In this document: in pieces, positions 24,052-28,636 of the stretch | Numbering within the stretch: the stretch's first letter is position 1 | Layout of the letters: each line of letters begins with the position of its first letter | DNA from: Parcubacteria group bacterium Gr01-1014_72 | GTDB taxonomy: Bacteria; Patescibacteriota; Minisyncoccia; Phycocordibacterales; VMFH01 | DNA: 28,636 bases | Assembly (NCBI GenBank): GCA_007375925.1 | Contig: VMFH01000001.1 | Coordinates: 1-28,636, forward strand | Direction of reading: 5' to 3' | Notes under the pieces: model-generated | What the model was told of the DNA's origin: nothing | The model's input: the letters and a program-made list of their open reading frames with translations, nothing else | Database searches by the model: none | Program-made: the position numbers and the translations under genes

Positions 24052-24169
24052 ATCCCAATCTACAAATTGTATCCAAATGCTACAAATATTATAGAATCCT
24101 AATCTACAAATCTGCATCCAAATGCCGCAAATTATTCGGATGAGTGCATTCGTAGCCCACTATTCGGAT
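24052..24169. repeat. Inverted-repeat element D (same acRaat/attYg family)
   Basis: Tandem arms atcccaatctacaaattgtatccaaatgctacaaat (24052-87) and atcctaatctacaaatctgcatccaaatgccgcaaat (24096-132), then complementary attcggat/attcgtag units (24134-169), just upstream of pnp. Confidence 0.7.
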
Positions 24170-24283
24170 ACGGAGTGATCTGCGGATGGGAGACTTGAAC
24201 CGACCGTTCAAATCTGTGTATCCGAAGACCACGCCCGTCTAATAATGGAGAGTAGTGTAGCAGAAACAACCACGCCGCGGTAT

Positions 24284-24311
24284 TTGACAAAATAAATCAT
24301 TTATGTAATGT
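24284..24311 (+). promoter_or_regulatory. sigma70-type promoter with no convincing downstream CDS
   Basis: TTGACA (24284-89), 16 nt AT-rich spacer, TAATGT (24306-11). Confidence 0.55.
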
Positions 24312-24314
24312 GGC

Positions 24315-24620
24315 TATAGAGTTTTGTGAATTTGCGGCAGGAACGAAGCTCGCGGAAGCGAGGAGCGTGTGTAAGCCGTTCGGTAATACGAGGTTGCCCC
24401 TAGGTTGGGCAGAGGTAACACTCTCAGCAAAGGCGGCGGTAGCCGCGGTCGTCGAATGGACTAAGGGACCCGCATGTCGGCCGGCGATATGTTTCTGAAT
24501 GCGCATCGGTAAGGAGGTGCGCAGACCGAATTCCCCACCTCGGGGTCTGGCTGAGCGTTTCTTCCGCGATTGGAGGGTGGACCGTGCTCCACCCTCCTCA
24601 ATTTCTCTCGCTCTCTATAT
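24315..24620 (+). ncRNA. Candidate structured ncRNA, family not recognised
   Basis: Promoter upstream, terminator downstream, 5'/3' closing helices and at least 7 internal helices, with G-U pairs that work only on the plus strand (details in findings). Confidence 0.55.
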
Positions 24621-24649
24621 CTTGGTATCCCGCACACGCCGAGAATATC

Positions 24650-24676
24650 AACGGCTTCCCCACGGAGCCGTTTTTT
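24650..24676 (+). terminator. Intrinsic terminator
   Basis: aacggcttcc-ccac-ggagccgtt followed by further Ts. Confidence 0.75.
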
Positions 24677-24770
24677 GTAACCCCCGTGTCAAACCTGCCG
24701 GGTCGACACGATTTTTTGCCTCTGTAGAGGCGTTTTTATCCAACGTTTTTTATCCCGCGCGGGCGGTGTG

Positions 24771-25016
24771 TCACAAATTGTATGTCGTGTCGCTACGGCG
24801 GTCTATTTCAATTTCAACAGCCCTCCCTTTTTCATCAAGTGAGAAAAGAATTCTGATATCTCTCTTGCGAATGCGGTAACGGTTGGGCAAACCCTCTAGT
24901 TTTTTCATGCTAAGACCGGTAAAGTCGCCCACTACAATGCGAGCGAGGAGCATAACAATAATGGTACGACGTTTTCCATCAAGCTTTTGAAGGAATTTTT
25001 GTATTTTGTCCGGCAT
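24771..25016 (-). CDS. RelE/ParE-superfamily toxin
   Basis: 81 aa, basic; KFLQKL, KKLEG....YRIRKRDIRILF; overlaps the upstream antitoxin. Confidence 0.85.
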   Translation of the reverse strand: MPDKIQKFLQKLDGKRRTIIVMLLARIVVGDFTGLSMKKLEGLPNRYRIRKRDIRILFSLDEKGRAVEIEIDRRSDTTYNL

Positions 25017-25251
25017 TGAAGCGATGAATTGCGGACAGTAATTGTTCAGCGGTTATTAATTTCTCCCGTCCTTTTGTGAGGTCAAGAAGTGTTTCCCATG
25101 TTCCTTCATCTCCCCACTCGTCCACGGGTGTAATTTTGAATGCCGGTTTTGAACGCCGGACGACAACGAACGATTTCCCCCTCCCGACCGCCCTGATGTA
25201 GGTTTCGGTGTTTTCGCGCAGTTCTTTGAGTCCGATGATGTTCGTTTTCAT
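24979..25251 (-). CDS. Phd/YefM-family antitoxin
   Basis: IIGLKELREN...YI..V..G.SFVV.RRSKP.F.I.P N-terminal Phd pattern. Confidence 0.85.
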   Translation of the reverse strand: MKTNIIGLKELRENTETYIRAVGRGKSFVVVRRSKPAFKITPVDEWGDEGTWETLLDLTKGREKLITAEQLLSAIHRFNAGQNTKIPSKA

Positions 25252-25261
25252 ACACAAAAGA

Positions 25262-25275
25262 TTATCTTAAGATAA
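25262..25275. promoter_or_regulatory. Putative TA operator palindrome
   Basis: Perfect 14 bp ttatcttaagataa, 10 nt upstream of the antitoxin ATG; autorepression at such palindromes is typical of type II TA loci. Confidence 0.65.
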
Positions 25276-25288
25276 CCTTCCACACAAC

Positions 25289-25317
25289 TTGACAAAAACG
25301 TTTGTTAAGCTTATACT
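25289..25317 (+). promoter_or_regulatory. Near-consensus sigma70 promoter for the HAD gene
   Basis: TTGACA (25289-94), 17 nt spacer, TATACT (25312-17). Confidence 0.85.
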
Positions 25318-25352
25318 TCTGTCAGTATCACAAATAAGGAGAAAGGAAGTTC

Positions 25353-26042
25353 TTGAAAAACAGAATACACGCAGTCATTTTTGACTGCGACGGCGTGATC
25401 GGCGACACCGAACCGCTCCACCTGGTGGCGCGGCAAATTGTGTACGCTCGGTACGGTTTCATCCTCACTCGAGAGTTCTACATCGAGGCGATGATGTCGC
25501 GTTCCCATGAAGAGCAGATGCGGGCGGCAAGCTGCGACCCTAAGCATTCCGAGGTCATCAGGTCTGAAGTGCGTAATGTGTACAATCTTATGCGCCAAGA
25601 ACTGCTTCGGGAAGTGCCCGGTGCGGCTGATTGTCTTCGGCGTTTCGGTGGCGACTTCTTCCTCGCGGTCGCTTCAACCCAACCAAGGGATGTGGTGGTG
25701 GGTGTGATTGGGCAAGCTGTTGGAAACGCTCTACTTCACTTGTTTGGGCGGAACATCGTTTCCGGCGAAGATGTGCCGAACAACAAACCGGCGCCTGATG
25801 TGTACCTCAAAACGGCGGAACTGCTCGGGATTGCTCCCGCGAACTGCGTCGCGATTGAGGATTCGGTCCCAGGCGTGAAGGCGGCCAAAGCCGCCGGCAT
25901 GAGGTGTATCGGATTCATGGGCGAATTTAGCACTCGCCAATCGCTTCTTGGTGCAGGTGCGGATATTGTGGCAGAGGGCCACCATCAAATCAACCGCGAA
26001 ACGGTTGAGAGTCTCTCTCTGGGAGTTGTCTCGTACATTTGA
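25353..26042 (+). CDS. HAD-superfamily phosphatase (CbbY/beta-PGM-like)
   Basis: Motif I FDCDGVIGDTE, motif II AST, KPAPDVY, motif IV IEDS..GV.AA.AAGM; TTG start after a purine-rich SD. Confidence 0.93.
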   Translation: MKNRIHAVIFDCDGVIGDTEPLHLVARQIVYARYGFILTREFYIEAMMSRSHEEQMRAASCDPKHSEVIRSEVRNVYNLMRQELLREVPGAADCLRRFGGDFFLAVASTQPRDVVVGVIGQAVGNALLHLFGRNIVSGEDVPNNKPAPDVYLKTAELLGIAPANCVAIEDSVPGVKAAKAAGMRCIGFMGEFSTRQSLLGAGADIVAEGHHQINRETVESLSLGVVSYI

Positions 26043-26224
26043 GGTCCCAACACTTCAAATCGCCACAGCGCACGTAGCGCTGGGGCGATTTTTACTTCTA
26101 GGCAACTTGACAAAGTATTCCTGTTCAGGATATTTTTCTACTGGAGTTCAGCAAACCCCGTTAGAGAACCCGCGTGGGGCATTCTCTAGCGGGGCAAACA
26201 ACAACAATCAAAACGGAGGTACCG

Positions 26225-26725
26225 ATGCGGGAACAGAAATATGCAGTGGTCTTTGACTATGAGAGTGCGGTTGTCACGGGTACGGGGGAACTTTTACGGA
26301 GACTAACACCCTCCTTTCACTTTGCTGTTCTCTCCCCGTTTTCTATGGAGGAAACTGGCAAGAAACTTCGGAAGGTACTGGGGGACGATGCGGTTGTCAT
26401 TGAGCACATAGTCTCCCACAAAGGCCTTCCCCAGCAAAATGTTTGGGAGTTCTTGGAAGGCATGGGGCTACTCAATGTAAAACCTGAAAACACTGTTTTC
26501 ATTGGGAGTCTCCCGGAACGAGTTTCGGCCGCGGCCGCGCGCGGTATGACCGTCATCGGGCGCCACAACAATGCATGTACTGATGATGCTCTCCGCGCGT
26601 GCGGCGCAAGCTACATCCTGTATCAGTACCGGAACCTCACACCGCTTACCGTTCACCAGGTTCTGCAAAATGTGGAAGACCGGAAATGTGCGAGGTCCGT
26701 CCCTGCCGTTCCTGTGTCGGTCTAA
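26225..26725 (+). CDS. Degenerate HAD-like protein
   Basis: GGAGGT before ATG 26225; AVVFDYES (second Asp of motif I lost), VKPENTVFIGS..ERV.AAAARGM.VIG, L..CGA.YI. Confidence 0.75.
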   Translation: MREQKYAVVFDYESAVVTGTGELLRRLTPSFHFAVLSPFSMEETGKKLRKVLGDDAVVIEHIVSHKGLPQQNVWEFLEGMGLLNVKPENTVFIGSLPERVSAAAARGMTVIGRHNNACTDDALRACGASYILYQYRNLTPLTVHQVLQNVEDRKCARSVPAVPVSV

Positions 26726-26748
26726 TTGCCTAATTGATGAGCCGCACA

Positions 26749-26788
26749 AAACCCCGAAGCGACTTGACCGCTCCGGGGCTTTTCTTTT
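26749..26788 (+). terminator. Putative intrinsic terminator
   Basis: ccccg/cgggg and agcg/cgct stems followed by cttttctttt. Confidence 0.6.
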
Positions 26789-26842
26789 CCCGTTTCTTCC
26801 CTCTCCCTTTTCGCTAAATGCTAAACGCTTTACGCTGTCACC

Positions 26843-27358
26843 CTACCTCCCCCTCCCCAGAAGATACTTTCTCGGATTTTCATCAAGGTCAATGAAGTCG
26901 TCAGTTGCCTCGCGCAGTTTCTGCGAGGTGGATTTGCCGAAGGCGATCACTTCTACCTGGCAGCCCTCGTTTGTTTTCAGATACTCAACGAGCGGCACGA
27001 AGTCGCCGTCGCCGGAGACGATGATGACCGCGTCAAGCTTGGGTGCGAGCTTGATCGCGTCCACCGCAAGTCCGACATCCCAGTCCGCCTTCTTGGCGCC
27101 GCTCCCGAAGACGATGAGGTCTTTCGTTTTGGTCTCAATGCCCGCCTTTGCGAGCGCCTCAAAGAACGCCTTCTCCTCGCCGGACTCCGTCGTGATGACG
27201 TACGCGACCGCGCGGATGAGTGCGCGGCCGTCCACCGCATCCTTCACGACCTGGCCGAAGTTGACGTTTGCGCGGTAGAGGTTTTTTGCGCTGTGGTAGA
27301 GGTTCTGCGTGTCAATAAAAACGCCGACACGCTGGTCTTTATGTTTGATGATACTCAT
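26843..27358 (-). CDS. NYN-domain (LabA/DUF88, PIN-like) protein
   Basis: VFIDTQNLY, KADWDVGLAVD, SGDGDFVPLV, L...G..VEV..F..STS..L....D.FIDL. Confidence 0.93.
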   Translation of the reverse strand: MSIIKHKDQRVGVFIDTQNLYHSAKNLYRANVNFGQVVKDAVDGRALIRAVAYVITTESGEEKAFFEALAKAGIETKTKDLIVFGSGAKKADWDVGLAVDAIKLAPKLDAVIIVSGDGDFVPLVEYLKTNEGCQVEVIAFGKSTSQKLREATDDFIDLDENPRKYLLGRGR

Positions 27359-27455
27359 ATGAAAAAGCTGTTAGCTACTAGGTTTCGGCCACCAGCTTTA
27401 GTGTATAGCCAAAAGCGAAAAGCTCAAAGCATTTATTAGGAGAAGTGCCTAAGGG

Positions 27456-27722
27456 CTACTTCTTGAGCTCAAGTTTCTTCACGATAGCGCTGTAGCGGCG
27501 GGGATAGCGCTTTTGGAGATACTTCATGTGCGTCTGCCGATCAGCGACCATCTGGAGGAGGCCACGCCGCGAGTGCTTATCCTTCTGATTTTTCCTGAGA
27601 TGTTTCGTGAGGTCCTCAATACGGCGCGTCAGAATCGCTACCTGCACCTCCGGAGAGCCAGTGTCTTTCTCGTGAGTCGCCACTCCCTTCATGACGTTCG
27701 CTTTTTTCAGTCTTGTAAGCAT
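27456..27722 (-). CDS. rpsO: 30S ribosomal protein S15
   Basis: HEKDTGSPEVQVAILT.RI..LT.HL....KD.HSRRGLL.MV..R; 88 aa from ATG 27722. Confidence 0.98.
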   Translation of the reverse strand: MLTRLKKANVMKGVATHEKDTGSPEVQVAILTRRIEDLTKHLRKNQKDKHSRRGLLQMVADRQTHMKYLQKRYPRRYSAIVKKLELKK

Positions 27723-27731
27723 GTGTGGACT

Positions 27732-27760
27732 ACTATAGCACAAAGGCCTTCCGGGCGCAA
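27732..27760 (-). promoter_or_regulatory. rpsO promoter (near-leaderless)
   Basis: TTGCGC, 17 nt spacer, TGcTATAGT; 9 nt to the ATG, no SD. Confidence 0.7.
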
Positions 27761-28075
27761 CTCTAGAAAAAGGTCGCTCACAAGTGAACGACCGTTTCTT
27801 TGCGGGCGGGGCGTGTGCGTCAGTCGTGAGTACAGCAGTGCGGTATCTCGGGAGACCTCGCGCAGATTTTTATCAGTCGGCGCCACAATTCGTGGCCCGA
27901 ATACAGAACCAGAGGATTTCGCCTTGTCCGCACCCCCTCCCCCCGTCCTGTTGTTCCAACACCCTTCTTTCTCTCGGTACAACCGCAATTTGATTTCATA
28001 ATATTCGCATCCTTTCAACACGTGGCACGCAGAAGCTCTTTACTGTGTTCTATTGTACGCTCAAAAGACTTATGT

Positions 28076-28121
28076 TAAAGGACATACTGTGGATAACCAG
28101 TTATCCACAGTATGTCCTTTA
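28076..28121. promoter_or_regulatory. 22 bp perfect inverted repeat containing two DnaA boxes
   Basis: taaaggacatactgtggataac-ca-gttatccacagtatgtccttta; TGTGGATAA and TTATCCACA match the consensus DnaA box. Confidence 0.8.
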
Positions 28122-28423
28122 CATGTCCTTTATAGGGAGTACAATAATTCCGGGCCTGATTTTTGTGCAGTGATGCATGAATTCTTGGGCAACCAGGTCT
28201 TTAATTTTTTTTCGGGGTCACTCCTCATTTGATCGGTACGGTCTGTCCTTGAATTCGTTCCTAACTTTTCGCACTTTTTCGGACGTAATTTCTCGGGCCT
28301 CTCGTCGCCGATCCACCTCCTTTCCAAACCGCCGTTTGCACAGCACTCTCCCACTCGCTGTTCTCCACGGCGGTTTTTTTATTATCCGCCCGCAGAATAC
28401 CCAACTTATTGCGGTGCGGTTGT

Positions 28424-28636
28424 TCACTCCACGAAGTATTTTCCGCGAATTTCCTTGATACTTTCCTGTTCAATCTGTTCACGCTTTTGTTTTCCGGCGT
28501 CCCCGAGTCTCTTTAGTTCCTCCTCTCCCAGAGCGGCAAGTTCTCTCGCCCTTTGTTCAAGGTATTCAGGGGTGTTTCTTGACGGCTCATCAAGCATTTC
28601 CTCAAGGAGAGCGTTCAAAATATGGCCTATTTTCGG
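28424..28636 (-). CDS. cca: CCA-adding enzyme/tRNA nucleotidyltransferase, C-terminal end (partial)
   Basis: Frame is open to the right edge: PKIGHILNALLEEMLDEPSRNTPEYLEQRARELA, matching the GP.IG.IL..LLE.VL..P..N..E.L C-terminal pattern. Confidence 0.7.
   Translation of the reverse strand, partial: PKIGHILNALLEEMLDEPSRNTPEYLEQRARELAALGEEELKRLGDAGKQKREQIEQESIKEIRGKYFVE

Noticed and set aside
165-24143. Many long antisense or alternate-frame ORFs (for example 2693-3454, 5641-6585, 8862-9512, 18561-19259, 20672-21469, 21849-22535)
   Set aside because: Shadows of GC-rich genes on the opposite strand; they fully overlap well-supported CDSs and lack protein-like motifs.
24181-24204. tRNA 3'-end or att remnant (minus strand GGTTCAAGTC...CCATCCGCA)
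   Set aside because: The T-loop-like heptamer is present but the T-stem does not pair (two mismatches) and there is no D or anticodon arm.
24570-24597. T-box antiterminator (GAGGGTGG-ACCGTG)
   Set aside because: One base short of the UGGN-ACC bulge consensus, locked in a perfect hairpin, and no plus-strand gene downstream to regulate.
24315-24676. Canonical RNase P, tmRNA, large SRP or 6S RNA
   Set aside because: The size fits, but universal signatures (P4 strands, tRNA-like ends with CCA, SRP helix 8, single long rod) were not found by eye on either strand.
24297-24879. ORFs 24310-24498, 24499-24879 and 24297-24506 as genes
   Set aside because: No SD, no recognisable motifs, and they overlap the stem-rich region, terminator or toxin gene.
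28218-28345. Small gene after the strong minus-strand SD AAAGGAGGTG, or a 16S 3'-end-like GATCCACCTCCTTT on the plus strand
   Set aside because: No canonical start codon at proper spacing after the SD, and no other rRNA sequence; the adjacent aaaccgccgt/acggcggttt hairpin is adequately explained as a terminator.

Overview
Chromosomal segment of a Patescibacteria/CPR bacterium (Parcubacteria-like, inferred from gene families; TGA and TAG both act as stops, so code 11). The left 13.5 kb is mostly a minus-strand T4SS-like surface/secretion locus: VirB4-like ATPase (partial), TraC-like protein, PrgI-family protein, Pro-rich protein, a very large VirB6/TrbL-like membrane protein, a secreted protein with an F-type-lectin-like domain, two TSP3-repeat paralogs (one split by a single in-frame TAG), an oppositely oriented surface protein and a small Cys-rich secreted protein. 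The right half is housekeeping (rsmA, pcrA/uvrD, LysM-M23 peptidase, comM, DksA-like, pnp, NYN nuclease, rpsO, 3' end of a CCA-adding enzyme) with a 2.8 kb accessory block between pnp and NYN (candidate structured ncRNA, RelE/Phd TA pair, two HAD genes). Most notable non-genic structure: (1) a family of ~36-47 bp degenerate inverted-repeat arms in intergenic spacers, present as a full copy enclosing an AT-rich GxxExxY nuclease gene and as near-identical empty copies; (2) a ~300 nt multi-helix RNA candidate with its own promoter and terminator that I cannot assign to a known family; (3) short GC-rich palindromes in terminators and, in frame, in a CDS; (4) a displaced duplicate of the rsmA 3' end; (5) a 22 bp perfect inverted repeat carrying two DnaA boxes. 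No CRISPR array, tRNA, rRNA, integrase, relaxase or transposase was recognised. All alignments and folds were done by eye; no database search was run.
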